Assembly: GCF_009834535.1 (NCBI RefSeq)
Contig: NC_045696.1
Location: forward strand, 92,568,001-92,632,000
Length of the DNA stretch: 64,000 nucleotides
Direction: 5' to 3'
Source: Camelus ferus
Taxonomy: Eukaryota
The notes beneath the pieces are model-generated. The model did no database searches, had not been told where the DNA came from, and saw only the letters and a program-made list of their open reading frames with translations. A program made the translations under genes and the position numbers. This document shows positions 37,184 to 50,918 of the stretch, in pieces. The stretch's first letter is position 1; every line of letters starts with the position of its first letter.

Positions 37184-38047
37184 TGCTATAAACTGAACTG
37201 TGTCCCCCCAAAATTCATATGTCAAAGCCCTAACTCATAATGTGACTGTATATGGAGATAAGACCTATAAGGATGTAAAAAAAAGTTAGGTGATGTAATA
37301 AGGTTAGGGCCCTAATCCAACAGAACCAATGTTCTTATAAAAAGAGGAAGAAAGTTGTGGTATATTTATACAATGGAATACTATTCGGCCATTAAAAATA
37401 AAATAATGCCATTTGCAGCAACACGGATGGATCTGGAGATTGTCATTTTAAGTTAAGTAAGCCGGAAACAGAAAAAAAAAAATCACACGATGTCACTCAT
37501 ATGTGGAATTTTTAAAAGAACAGACACAAATGAATTTATTTACAAAGCAGAAACAGACTCACAGACATAGAAAACAAACTTATAGTTACCGGGGGAAAAG
37601 GGTGGGAAGGGATAAATTGGGAGTTTGAGATTTGCAGATACTAACTACTATATATAAAATAGATAAACAACAAGTTTTTACTGTATAGCACTTACAATGA
37701 AAAAGAAGATGAAAAGGAATATATGTATGTACGTGTATGACTGAAACATGATGCTGTACACCAAAAATTGACACAACATTGTAAACTGACTATAGTTCAA
37801 TAAAAAAAATCAATTAAATTAAAAAAAGAGGAAGAGCTCACTCTCCCTTGATGTGCACAGAGAAGAAGCCATGTGAGGACACAGTGTAAAAATGGCCATC
37901 TGAAAGCCAGGAAGAGTCTCACCAGAAAACCTCCTGGCATCTCTGCCTGAGACTCCCAGCTTCCAGACCTATAAGAAAATTAATTTATGTTGCTTAAGCC
38001 ACCCAGTGTGTGGTGTTTTGTTATGCAGCCCCAGCAGACTAATGACA
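37184..38047 (+). mobile_element. MLT1A/B-like MaLR solo LTR split by a young L1
   Basis: tgctataaactgaactgtgtccccccaaaattcatatg...ggccctaatccaa | L1 | gccatgtgaggacaca...ttaagccacccagt...gcagactaatgaca. Confidence 0.85.
37352..37822 (+). mobile_element. Young L1 3' end with perfect 13-bp TSD
   Basis: atacaatggaatactattcggccat...acagactcacagacatagaaaacaaact...ttcaataaaa; aaaaagaggaaga at 37339-37351 and 37823-37835. Confidence 0.92.
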
Positions 38048-39597
38048 TTCTCAATAATTGTTTCAGTTCAACTCTGTATTGCAGGCCTCAGCCAGACAGA
38101 TTAACAGGAGAACACTCTATGACTTCAGGATAGGGATGTAAGCAATACAAAAGAGTGCTATCCATAAAACAAAATATTGATAACTTTGAAACGGAAAAGA
38201 CAAGCCACAAACTGGGAGAAGATATTAGCAACACATATATCGAACAAAAAATCAATACCAAGAATAAAAAGACTAGAAATCAATGAAAAAGGATACAATA
38301 GAAAAATGTACAAAAGAAAGCAACAAGTGTTTCAAGGAAGATGAAGCAAGAGTGGTGAATATAAATACAGAAAGATGTTCAATCTTCTCAAGGTAACAGA
38401 AAGTAAATAAGACACCATGGTATACCCACTGCTTTGTCTGACAATAGCAAGTATTGGGAAGGAGTAGATGAGTGGAGTTGTTTTTTTTTTTTTTTCACAC
38501 ATACACACACCCCTATAGACTATCTGGAACTATAAACTGGTACAGAAACTTTAAAAGATAATTTGACATAATCTTGTAAAGGTTAAGTATATGTGTATCT
38601 TACAACTCAGCAATCCCACCCCTAGTTACATACCCAAAAGAAAGTCTTATACATATGTAGCAGGAGACATGTATAACTATTTTTATACTAGCATTGTTCA
38701 TGATAGCAAAAAACTTGGAACACTCAAAGGACCACTGACAAGAGAATGGATAAGTAAATTGTGGGGTATTCCTACAATGCAATACTATATAGCAATGAAA
38801 ATCAATGGCTCACAGCCACAAGCAACATGAATGAATCTTAGAAACAAAGTTGACTGAAAAAAAAACATGTTTTAAAAGACTACATGCAGTATAAAAACCA
38901 TTTTATAAAGCACTAAAATAAATGATTTAGTGATGTGTATGTGACAAAAATATTTTTTTTAAAAAGCAAGGGAATAATAAATCTAAAATGTAGGATAATG
39001 TCTACCTATGGTGGGAAAGGCAGAGGGATAGGCTAGAGAACACTGACAGGTTAAATAGCACTGGCAAAGCTCTTAAACTGGGTTGTGAACTTGCCAGTGC
39101 TCATTTTATTATTATGCCTTATAACTTTGTTGTATATATTTATATATAAATTAAATATTAAATAATTTTTAAAATTTTTAAATACTAAACTGACTTCTGA
39201 CTGGAAAATTCAGGCTGAAGTTGAATTCTGAAATAGCCTTGTGAAGTAGGGCAGCTCCTTGGTCCTTCAGTATACGACTCCTTAAGAGCCTTATGTCTTA
39301 CCTCTAAAGCAAGTCCTGTATAAGACATGTTATGTGCTATCTGTAATCTGAATTTTGATTGCTGAGGGTGTTACGATCTACTGCTAAGGCTTCAGAAGTT
39401 CTGATTTTTCCTTTAAACATTTTATTTCAATTGATCACATTTGCATGGATATAAAGTGATTTTGTAGACTCCTGTTTTGTGTGTTCAGAAGATTTTAATA
39501 TATCTACTTTATACAGCACTGTAGCTCATCACATGTGTGTTACTGAGTTGAGTATCTGATAGATGCTTACTCTGGTTTTTGCTTTTTCCACTAGAAG

Positions 39598-40490
39598 AAT
39601 AGTTCTTAAAATGTGGTTTGCAGATCCCTGGGAAGACCAAGACCCTTTCAAGAATTTCACAAGGTCAAAACTGCTTTCACAATAACACTAAAAAATTATT
39701 TGCATTTTTAAAGGATGTTAACACTTGCACTGATGATGCAAAAGCAATAGTAGGTAAAATGCAGGCTCTTCAGCATGAATCAGGACAGTGGCACCAAACT
39801 ATGCTGGTGGTATTGCATTCTTCACCTCCACGTACGTGCAGGGTCTAGGGCCTGGTGGGGAGGAGCCAGGGCACTTATTAATGTCCTTGATGAAGCAGTA
39901 AAAGCAATTACATTTTATTATAGCCGACTTGAGCACATGTCTCTTACACACTCTGTGGCATGAAATGGGGAGTACACACAGAGCCCTTCTGCCTCATACC
40001 CATGTCTGGTAGCTGTCTCGAGGAAAGTACTTGCACAACTGTTTGATTTGCAAGCTGAACTGTTTTTCGCATGGAACACCACTTTTACTTGAAAAATAGC
40101 TGACAGATAAACTAGGTTATTCAGATTTGAGTCTGGTAGACATTTTCTCAGAAATGAACAAAGTGAGCCTGTCACCTCAAGGAAAACAATTGACAGCATT
40201 TGTTGCTAATAATAAAATTCAAGTTTTAAAGATGACATTAGAATTTTTGGAAACTTATGATCGCCACCACAAACTGGACAGTTAGTTTCCCAGTCCTCAA
40301 GGGCTTTTCTGATGAGATTGGTGGTGACGTTAACAACTATGATTTCCTTTTATTGTATGTGGAAATGCGCCACATTCAGAAGACCTGTATAACAGCAAGC
40401 CAATATTTTCCAAGTGACTAATGCGTGACATTACAAAATTATGCACGGGTCAAAGGTCAATTCATATTGCAAAATAGATTAATTCGAAAG
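39598..40490. mobile_element. Charlie1-like hAT DNA transposon with decayed transposase sequence
   Basis: gttcttaaaatgtggtttgcagatccctgg start; gcactgatgatgcaaaagcaat, aatgtccttgatgaagcagtaaaa, tgtctcgaggaaagtactt (WLSRGK-like hAT motif), gacattttctcagaaatgaacaaagtgagcctgtca. Confidence 0.8.
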
Positions 40491-41034
40491 TAAGACAGCA
40501 GGAAAAATAATAATCCTGTGAATATTACCAAATCAGACTATTTTAACAAGTTTAACAAAGTTATTTCCCTCTGTAACTGCAGAGGAGAGGGACCGTCTCT
40601 GCTTTCCTTTGGTTAATAATGAAGACTTGGGGGTTTTTGGGGGGTTTTTTGGTTTTTTTAGGATCTTAGCAGTTATAAACCAAAACAAAGCCTATGTAAA
40701 ACTATAATGACATAAAGCAGATCAGTTGTTCCCTGGTCCTGGGGGCGGGGGACAGAGACGGGGGTTGACTGTAAGGAGCCAGGAGGAACCTTCTTAGAGT
40801 AAAGGATCTATGCTATACCTACATTATGGTGGTGTTACATGGCTTTGTGCAATTACCAAAATTCATCAAAATAATATCGTAAACAGTAAGAGGGGAATAA
40901 CTAGCCAGTAGGGCTCAATTATACTGTCAGAAGTTGAGTAAGAGATGAATAGATTTTACTTAAAAAGATGAAATAACGCACATAGAGCTTTTTCTTTCTA
41001 TGAAAAAGCTTTTTTTGCAGGCCCAGGTGTCTAT

Positions 41035-41270
41035 CCTGGAGGTGGAATGCATAGTGGTTACAAATTCAGATGTTCTAGTTGGACAGTCCTGAGCTTGAAA
41101 CCTGGTGTTGCCATGTACTATCCATGTGACCATGGGAAGGTCACTTTTTCTAAGTCTCACTTTATCTGTAAAGTGGGGATCAACATACTACGTAGCTCAT
41201 TATTTTAAGAAGGTAACGTATATAAAATACCCAGCCCACAGGAAATGCTCAATAACATTTGTAATTACTT
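41035..41270 (+). mobile_element. MIR SINE
   Basis: gcatagtggttac...catgtgaccatgggaaggtcact...atctgtaaagtgggga. Confidence 0.75.
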
Positions 41271-41317
41271 TACTGAACCATGTAGACACTTGATTGATGC
41301 ATGCGTATCCCCTTAGA

Positions 41318-41771
41318 TGCTATGGTTTGAACTGTGTCTCCCCACAAAAAGATGTTGAAGTCTTAACTCTAAGAATGTGACCTGATTTTTGGAAAGGAGG
41401 TATTTACAGAGGAAATCAAGTTAAAATGAGATGATTTAGGGGCAGGCCCTAATCCAATATGACTGGTATCTTTATGAAAAGGGGAAATTTGGACACAGAT
41501 ACAGACATGTACACAGCGAGAACACCATGTGACCTGAAGACAGACAGAGGATGCAGCTAAAGCAAAGGAACGCCAACGATTGCTAGCAAAACACCAGGAG
41601 CTGGGGGAGAGGCAGGAAATAGATTCTCCGTCACAGTCCTCAGAAGGAACTCATCCTGCCAACACCTTGATCTTGAACTTCCAGCCTCCAGAACCAACAG
41701 ACAATTTGCTTCTGTCATTAAGCCACTCAGATTGTGGTACTCTGTTACAGCAGCCCTAGCAAAGTAATAAA
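41318..41771 (+). mobile_element. MLT1C-like MaLR solo LTR
   Basis: tgctatggtttgaactgtgtc, ggccctaatccaatatgactgg, gccaacaccttgatcttgaacttccagcctccagaac, tgttacagcagccctagcaaa. Confidence 0.88.
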
Positions 41772-43184
41772 AGTGCTAACTGTATAGAGGCCAACCCTTA
41801 TTAACTCCGGGTCACCAAATAACTCAGAGAGACTGTACAATATGAACATATATAAGTCACTGCAGGCAGAGTGAAAGAAAGGAGAGGGGGAAGGGAAAGG
41901 AAGGAGAAGAAACACAGAAACAATGATTGGGACTCCAAAGGCAAAAGAGGAAAAGCTGAGAAGGGAGCAGTTTGCATTTACAAGAAAGGGGAAAAAAAAA
42001 TAAAAGCACAGAATCTTACCCACTGCCTCTATAGGCTTCCAGGGGCACCTCATCATGGATCACAATCAGTGTCTGTATAACAACTCACCCCCAGCTGGAA
42101 TCCATTTACTGGGTGAATCAGGATGTCTGAAGATCAGGTTTTTGCTTCTCTTTTCTGCTAGAATTTCTTCATGGGAGGAAGGTCTCAGCTCACTTCCCCT
42201 TTATTAAACCACCTTCTAACCCCTGTCACCAAGCTCTGACTAAAACAATTAGACCCAATGCTTCCAGCAAGTATGTCCTTTCCCTACAGACTCAGAGGGA
42301 AAGGTTTCCCAGCCAACCTTTATCACTGCACAGCAGTCACAAATCTCCACAATTCACTGGCTGCACAGATAATGGACTGTCTCCTAAGGTTTTTTTTAAC
42401 AAGAAATATTCCTATTTTTGTTATAAATTGCCCTGCACCTTGAATTCAATTGAATAGGTCTGATTGAGGAAACTAGAATATCCACTTTCACAATTTTCTT
42501 AAAAACATGGCCTAGGAGAAACAGCCCTTTAAAATAATCTGGTTTAATTCGATCACCAAATATTTAAATTCTGGTCAAGAATACAGGAGTGATAGAGTCA
42601 GGACAAGGATTAAAGTCCACTCAAACTTTTAGTACAGTGATTTTTCCTATATATCATGCACTCCCTGTAACTTTACAGTAAAATAATTGGGTTTCACGAT
42701 TAAATAGGGCCAGTCTGGATGCTGAAGTTGCCCTATTAAACAGAGTATAAACTCTCTCCTTTTACAAGAAAAGCTAGTTTTACATATACCTTTGCCTGTT
42801 GTATGAAAAGTAGGAAGCAAATGTTTGACAAATGTTCATACAGATGTTGGCAGCTATCTGTCCCTTTCTGTTATAAGAACTCCGAAGGCCAAGTCACCGT
42901 GCCTCCGGGCACCAAGGCAATCACAGAATGCACAGACCAGTGGCAGGGCTCGAAAATGCCCGTGGCATGCACTGTCTATAGGGTCGTGCCGAGAAATAGG
43001 TCAAGGAGAGACCAGAGGAAGAAAGATACATATTCAAGCAGAACCCTTACTCTCTGGCTATTGTTGGGACTAGGCCTCCAGCAGCTGAGACTCTGAGCTG
43101 TATTCATTCTAAGGTGAAAATATGAAATGACAATTAGCAAATCACTAGCTCCCACAGCATCTAAAAAGGTATCTGTGCTTTCTA

Positions 43185-43390
43185 TGTACTACACCCTGTT
43201 CCAAGCACTTTACACATACTAACTTGTTTTCTCATCAACACTCTCCAGAGGTAAATATTATTATCCCTATTAAACTGATGAAGAAATTGAGGCACAGAAG
43301 GGTTAAGTAATTTGCCTGACATACCAAAGCTAGCAGCAGCAAACCCAGGATTCAGAGGCAGTCCGGCTCTGGGGTCCACATTCTACATTA
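43185..43390 (-). mobile_element. MIR SINE
   Basis: gatgaagaaattgaggcacagaagggttaagtaatttgcc antisense core. Confidence 0.8.
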
Positions 43391-43422
43391 CCTTCCTATT
43401 ACCCTTACCTCTCTCCTACCCG

Positions 43423-43591
43423 CAGTGGTGTGCTGGTAGATGTTTAACAACCAGTTCTCAGGGAAGGGGAGCTAATTTATAGCATTTGCCCGTTTCCACC
43501 ATGTAGCTTCTCCCACTATGGCCAATTCCAAGCTACCAACATGATATCACTGAATATAAAATGGGTGAGAGCCAGCTCCAACACACCAGTG
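43423..43591. mobile_element. MER63A-like hAT-Blackjack MITE
   Basis: TIRs cagtggtgtgctgg ... ccaacacaccagtg; internal tgtttaacaacc and caagctaccaac. Confidence 0.8.
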
Positions 43592-44099
43592 AGTTGAGCC
43601 AGAGAGTAAGTGAATGAATGAATGAAGATTGGGAGGCAGGGACTAGAATAATAAAGCATGCCTTCACCATGCTACCCCTCCTAGCAGCAAGGCCTGAGGA
43701 ATTTGCAGCTATCACAGGGAGGATCCCATTGTTTCTGACACCTTATTCACTAATAGGTTCTTTCTCACCACCAGCCTGAGACATGGCAGTCTTGGGAATG
43801 TAACCAAAACATGCTGTTGCCAAACCATGAATAAAAGTTTGAAGGCAGCTGGGGGAAGGGTTTTTGAGGCAGTGGGAGAAGTGTAAAGCCATGGAAATGA
43901 GAAAATATCATGTTTTCAAAGAAAGTAAAGGGTATATACAAAACTGTATGGTTTATCATGTATTTTTCATATGCAATTTCTCATTTTTTCTTCCACAGAT
44001 TACCTTCTCCATGGAACAGATAAAAAGCAAGTTATAGCAAGTTTGAATTCCCTGCTCAAAAACCCAGAGGACCTTAAATGCAGGAACATATCTATAATC

Positions 44100-44590
44100 C
44101 AAAAAAAGCTGGGTTTAGTGGAATATTTGCAAGCACAGAAAGCCATGGGCCGTCTCAGTAAGAGTTTCTTGGGAAAAGGTTATTATATGATTTGGGCTTG
44201 TGTTAGATGTTTGGGGGAAAATCAGATGAAGCATGGTTTTGTTCTGGATTGAGTGCTCCCAGGTAGTGGGGACAATTGTATACTTGGATATGTTGCTTAT
44301 TTGTGTCTAGTAGGCAGAAGGAACACAGTGGGGAGAATGCTGTCATCGGTAGAGAAGCAATGGTCATTTGTCAGAGCCAGGTAAGGGGATGTTTGGTATT
44401 TTTGCATTTTGCACCACTTTCTTATTTTTGTCTGTGTTTAGACACGATTACAGAGTGGTCTTGTTTGTCTCCCTCTATTGCAGACACAGAAGGCCCTTGT
44501 CAGATACTCGTTTTGTAAAACTGTTAACATTCAACAGGAGAACACCACAGACTAGCAGTGCGGACCAGGCCAGCTCCCAGCAGCTGCTTG
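44100..44590 (-). mobile_element. Old ERVL-type solo LTR related to 26890-27295
   Basis: Reverse complement shares gctag..tg.tgttc.c..gttg, acaagg.c, catccc and tgct.ct.tacc blocks, in order, with the 26.9-kb copy. Confidence 0.55.
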
Positions 44591-44630
44591 TATCTTTCTC
44601 ATGTAGCTGGGCTCAAACCCCTATCTTGTC

Positions 44631-45278
44631 AAATTGGTACAGCCACTATGGAGGACAGTATGGAGGATCCTTAAAAAGCTAAAAATAGACTTACTATATG
44701 ATCCAGCAATCCCACTCCTGGGCATATATCTGGAGAAAACTGTAATTTGAAAAGACACATACACCACAATGCTCATAGCAGCACTATTTACCATAGCTAA
44801 GACATGGAAACAACCTAAATGTCCATCGGCAGATGACTGGATAAGGAAGATGTGGTGTATTTATACGATGGGATATTACTCAGCCATAAAAAAGAATGAA
44901 ATAATGCCATTTACAGCAACATGAATGGACTTAGAGATTATCACTTATATGGGGAATCTAAAAAAAAAGATACAAATTCTATTTACAAACCCAAAACAGA
45001 CTCACAGACATAGAAAACAAACTATGGTTACCAAAGGGGAAAGAGAGGGAGGGATAAATTAGGGGTTGGGGATTTACAGACACACATTACTATATATAAA
45101 ATAGATAAACAAGGAGTATATAGCACAGGAAACTATACACAATGTCTTGTAGTAACATATAATGGAAAAGACTCTGAAAGGAAAACATATCTGCATGTAT
45201 AGGTATAACTGAATCAGTTTGCTGTACACCTGAAACTAACATTGTAAATCAACTACACTTCAATAAAAATTTTTAGAA
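44631..45278 (+). mobile_element. L1 3' end (artiodactyl-type) with degenerate TSD
   Basis: ggtacagccactatgga...atatgatccagcaatcccactcctgggcatata...ctgtacacctgaaactaac...caataaaa; aaacccctatcttgt (44615-44629) vs aaccctatcctgt (45281-45293). Confidence 0.92.
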
Positions 45279-48200
45279 GCAACCCTATCCTGTGGTGGCA
45301 GGCCCCCTGCTCCTCCTGCTTCACGCCCGCTCACCAGCCTCTCAGGTTTGCCGAGCTGCAGCAGTTACTGGGCCTTATTTGGCAGTTCTCCTAATCTCCC
45401 TTCTTTTCTGTTCCAGTTCCTTCTCCCACTTTTTTTTTCATTTCCACTTTCTGATTATACTGTATATATTTTGCACAAAAATGAAAAATTGTAACCACAA
45501 AGGAGAACAAATTTGTACAATACAATCACTTACGAACCCACCTCCCTAACAAACCGTATGGTTCAGTTTTGTATTCCCTTCCAGCTCTGGCCTACGAGCA
45601 TCCACATTTCTATCCAGGCATGATGACAGGGTAAATATAATTCTGCATTTTGCTCTTTTCATTCAATGCTACATGAGAACTTTATTTTCCCAGTTACAAA
45701 ATTACACAGCATAATGAAGAGCAGATTTGAATAACTGCCCTTTTAAAGTATCCACACATTTTGGTTGGCTGTCAGTGGGATTCCACACCCAGGATGAAAA
45801 ACATGAGGTAGAAAGTACACAAGTGGGTCTAGTGGTGGGGCTAAGCAGAGCTGCTGACTGACTGAATGACATCCGAACCCCCAAGCTTTGGAAATCCCAT
45901 AACTGGGTTCTTGAGCGTTGGAGCACCTTTGGAGATATGAGAGTTCCCTGGAGGCAAGGATAATCTGGGGATCTCTTCTCCTGGCTCAGAGAACAGTAAA
46001 AGGAAAGCTTAAAAGGAAACTTAAAAGATGATTGCTCCCTTAACACCAATCCAGAAGAGAATGAATAAACTCTCAGGAATTTGGATGAGGTCCACTGCCA
46101 GGGAACTTAGTAGGTGTTGCTCAGGCCATGGGACGGTAAAAGTGGAATTCAGAGTTGTAGGGCCTGCTGGAACCCAGTAGCCAGAGAAACACCGCACCCT
46201 GGGGACTGAAGACAGGCCTGTGTTTTAGAAACCAACTTCTCAAGGAGAAAGTCCTCCCACAGGGACTGCAAGGTGTTTGAGGGTTGGGTACCATGTGTCC
46301 TAGCCATCTTCTAGAACTGTGCTTAGTAGGGTCCCCTTAAATGATTGCTGAATGACTGAAACTGGCCCACAAGAGTGGCTACAAAGGGCAGCACCAAAAA
46401 AAAAGCTCTCCTGATAAACAAGCTGCTGCTCCCCAGCACCACCTGCCGAAGTCCTCGGGAACTGTGACAGGAGCCCCTGCCTAGAAACCCTGATGGGAAG
46501 CTCTAGGCTCTGCTCAGAAGCTAGGGAACTGTGGGCAGGAGAGCACTACCAGCTTCAGGACTGAAGCAGCACCGCTCTTGATTCCCAGTGAGCTCCCTGG
46601 CCATATTTCCTACTGGGAAAACGAGGGAGCAGAGACTACTGATTTCTTTATAATCAACAGATAATGGTGGGGAGGGCAGCACATCCAACTATGAAGTGCT
46701 CTGGGAGCTGGGCTGATCAAGGTGGTTGGAACTAGATGCGTGGCTGACACAGATCCACAGAGTAGATAAGTGTATAAGGACTGTTTCGGGGAAAGAGATT
46801 CATGAAAAATATTTAACTCATTGCAAGATATTGTAATTTCAATTCACTTCATAATCTGTGTATATGTACGTAATGGTCAGTTCCTTAACTAGCTAGTGAC
46901 TTTGGCTCTGGCTGCTGTAAAAGACATTTATTTACCTTGGAGATCTGAGGTTTCTGGGTTCCTCTTCTTTACGCAGGAAAGAAATTTTCTGAGGATTGAG
47001 CTGGGTATTGAGATATAAAGAAAAATGAGACATAAAGAAAAATCACTGCACATGGTATAGTTAAGGAACTCCTCTCTTCTAGGAGAAAAACTGTTGCCAG
47101 CCTTAGGATATGACAGAGGATTGATGCTCCAGAACCTTAAGGTTTCTCTTAAGAAGGCAGAGTTTCTCAAGTGTCTGAGGGAGCTCTGTGGAATGGAGGG
47201 GCCACAGGATAATTGCAGATTCAGTAACAGTGGGCTGGGTTGGGAGGGGAGATGTAGTGTCTGTTTTTCCTTTGCTCATGATACAGAGAAGGTAAAGGTA
47301 GGGGCAGGGGATGGAAAAAAGGCACATGGCCATCAAAACCATATATTGAAGCATGAAGTGGTCCAAGACTAGCTTTTGGAGAACTAGCCACTTCTTTCTA
47401 AGTCTGGAATCAGATCATAAGAACGGCTCTGTTGAGTTTTAAGAGAGTAGCACTCACTTCACTCTAACAAGAAAGATTGTCTAAACCTATGTAGACAATG
47501 GGAAGGAAAGAGGTGAAGGTGTCAAAAAGCAATGAGATAAGAGGGTGCAAGGAAAGGGAGAAGCTATCAGACAATGGCTATGTCACAAGGGTTCTAGTTT
47601 TACCCCTTGAGTATCACCTCTGGGGCGATTGGGAGGATGTCCAGTTTGGAATCCAAACTAGATCTGGGAGCACTGGACTGACAAGTATCAACACTGGTGG
47701 GTTGGTTTCTGAGTATGGATGGGTAGGGGGGGATCTAAGGACAGAGGCTGTGGTGTTGCATGGGGAGTCCTCTTCAGCATGTAGAGAACTAGGATCTTAA
47801 TTGGGCAAAGAATTGGGTCCTGGAGTTACCTCTTTATAAAAACAGTATGCTTGAATCCAGAGAGCCAGGTGGGGCCATGTTAGTGAGGACTGAACCCCAG
47901 AAAATGTCAGCTCCCTTGCTAATGATAATTGCAGGAGTCTAGGAGAGACTACAGAGGGAGGTAGAGTGAAACTTTGATATGACAAAATTTGGGTGACCAA
48001 TCTTGGTTAACAGGGACAAGCCAGGGAGTGGTCATATTAGGTAAGGAAGTGGTGCTGGAAAATGTTAGCTCCTTTGTTGATGGTAATGGGAAGAGCTTTA
48101 AGGCAACGAAAGAGATTGAAGTCAATAGTAGGGAAAAACTTGGCCATTTATACGTAGGAACCAACTATTTAGTGCTCACATTAGGTGAGGAGCTGGGCTC

Positions 48201-50781
48201 CCAGAAACATTAGTTCCTTTGTTAATGATAATTGGACGAACTTTACGGTGATTACAGAGGAACCTAGAGAGAAACTGGGTTGGGATAAAACCTAGATATT
48301 CAAGTTGGGTTCAAAAGGATGAGACTGGGAAAGAACTAATTTCTTAAATCTACTGGGACAATGATCTCTGCCCTTATGGGTGGTCAAATGGGGAGGTTTC
48401 CCATGAGATCTGCTCCTTATAGTTTAAAATTTTTTTCTAAGATAATAAAGTGAGACAGACCAAGAGTTTGTCACACAGAAAGAAGCTTGAAACAAACAGT
48501 AGAGTTGAAGTTGATATTGAGAATAAAAAAAAGAAATGTAGATACAGGAAGAGAGAAGGAAAAAATGCATACTAGGAGAAAGAGTCACAGTATTGAAAAG
48601 ATGCTGCTATCCAAGTGCCTTTAGACACAACTTCAAGAGGATCACTCAACGCTGCAGGGTGTAAGGGCAAATTTGCTACATCCATACTTGTGTCTAGGGT
48701 TTGGACTGGGCCAATTAGAGCATCACCAAACTTCAATCTGGGGCAACCTGAAGCAGACAGCTGAGAAAAGTTCACATTCTTAGCATTACCAGCTAATATA
48801 TTATTCTTTAATATATTATTGATTGGTGCTCTATTTCCAAAAGGCTTTTGAGGTAGCTTCTGTTGGTACTGGCTTCCCATTGTCACTTAATAAGGAGGAA
48901 TCCTCTCCAGGAGAAAGAGATGAAGACAGATACATTTTAATGGGAGCAAGTGGAACAATAAAGTTGGAGTGTTAACATCACAATGGAGGCTCTTCAGAGG
49001 CTACAGGCCACTGGAGAAGAGTGGCCCATGTACCAGATCACTGCTCAGAAAGAGGAATGGGAAAAAGGATTTCAAGAGCGAGAAAAACTTCTCTTCAGAG
49101 TCTTACAATATTCTATCCATCCACTCAAAAGATTAGGGAACACTGTATCCCTAGTGTGGACTTAAAAAAATAGTAATACAGAAATGGAAATAATACATTG
49201 AGTTATTCTCTTGAAAGGTTCTTGAATATAGAATACAAAGTAAAATGTTGAAGCCCTAATTTCCCCCTCCACTGACCTATCCCAAATGTAACTACTTTAG
49301 ACAGTTTACAGTTCTTTTTTTATGCATTTACATAATTATATTTTTTCAAATGTAAGTATGATTAGCTATATGAGTTTTTCTAACAGTACATAGAGCTTGT
49401 TCTTTTTAGCAGCTACGTGAATACTAGACTATACATGAACCCTATTTTGTTGGCCATTCTCTGGATGGAAAATGAGTTTTTCCCTATCATATATTATTGA
49501 ACACATTTCTGTCATGATAATCCTTATGTAAGTCAAGGATCTGTGTGTCTTAAATCATTACATAAACTTAAGGTGAATGTGAAATTAAAGCCAACTCAAT
49601 AGTTTTCCTTTATAAAGAGAATTGTGAAAAGTCACAATAGAATTAAGCCCAAGAAACACACTTTTCATTAAATATTTATAAGTAATTTTTAAAATAGATA
49701 TCATTTCTCTAGTATGCATAGAGAAGATAGTCCAACAAGGGAGAAATAGGGACAAGTAGTGAAGTAGAAAGGAAGAGACAGATAAAATCAGTACTCTTTC
49801 TGAAGCTCAGTGGGCCAGCTATTAATAACACACTTGGTCAACACATTTTCTAAAACAAAGCTTCTTAGCTTTTGAAAGTTCAAAAATATGGATAAATTTG
49901 CCAAGTTTTAAAATTCTTACTTAAAATAATGAGAGCAGAAACTTTCCTCAGACCCCCCATTTTCTGGATTTTCAATGAGAAATATAGCTCTGTGGACTAG
50001 AGAAAATGACTTTTCAGATTTTAGGAACCAGAAATTGAATTTCACAGAATACCACCCTTGTCCTACAATCCCCTAAATTCTAGAATATTGTTACAAAATA
50101 CTTTGGAAAACTGCATTTTTGTCGACATACGTGGGCCAGCTCATATTAAAACCAAGGTAGAGATCATATGGGGGCTAATTTCTCCTCTCCTTCAGGCCTA
50201 GTCACCAAACTTGGAGTTCTTTCAAGACTGTGTTTACCAAGAATGTGTGATATTGAGTGATCAAGAAGCAACTGAGGATTTGAATTTTATTATTAGTCTG
50301 AACTTAATTCACTTTATTCTTTATTCTTCAGAGGCTGAAAGACAAAAAAGGTCACAGACACAATATGGTCTTAATCAACTCTAATATAGAACTTTCTACA
50401 GCCCAGGCTCTGATCAAGGGCTTTGTGCTATGCCTGTTCCTTGTCTGTAAACTAGGGATAATGATAATAATACCTACTTCGCAGAGCTGTCATGAGGTTA
50501 TATGAGCTTGAGTAACTTGTCCGAGGCATATATCCAGTGTCATGCTTCACCACCTTTACAATTGGTTCAACTTCTGCTTCCATTCACTACTGGTGCATTC
50601 ATTCTCCAATTTACTGCAAAGAATGATGGAGGTGAGATGTGACCTAAAAGTTCATTCAATACTCTTTTTACTCATCTGCAAGTTTTTTAGCATATGTTCT
50701 TAATGAGTGCTCAATTGCAACTAAGGATATAAAAAAAACTTTTTAATATTCATTTAAATCTTGATCTAAAAATCTCGTAGT

Positions 50782-50918
50782 GGGGAGGGTATAGCTCAGT
50801 GGTAGAGCGAATATTTAGCATGCTCGAGGTCCTGGGTTCAATCCCCAGTACCTCCATTAAATAAATAAACAAACCTAATTCCCTCCCCTCTACAAGAAAA
50901 AAGAAAAAAGAAAAAATC
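50782..50918 (+). mobile_element. tRNA-Ala-derived SINE (camelid vic-1 type)
   Basis: ggggagggtatagctcagtggtagagcg (A box) ...ttagcatgc... gggttcaatcccc (B box) agtacctcca, then aaataaataaacaaacctaattccctcccc and an A-rich tail; ctaaaaatctc duplicated at 50766-50776 and 50919-50929. Confidence 0.88.

Larger units (their letters stand above)
36440..39175 (+). mobile_element. Ancient L1 (ORF2 to 3' UTR) hosting nested elements
   Basis: caattcattctatgaag, tcatttcaatagaggcataaaaagcatttgataaaatccaa (RT region, IDAxKAFDKI-like), aactgggagaagatatt, gaatggataagtaaattgtgg, catgaatgaatctta. Confidence 0.8.

Noticed and set aside
50782..50856. tRNA-Ala gene
   Set aside because: Anticodon stem disrupted (aatatttagcatgct), followed by a SINE body, A-rich tail and TSD.
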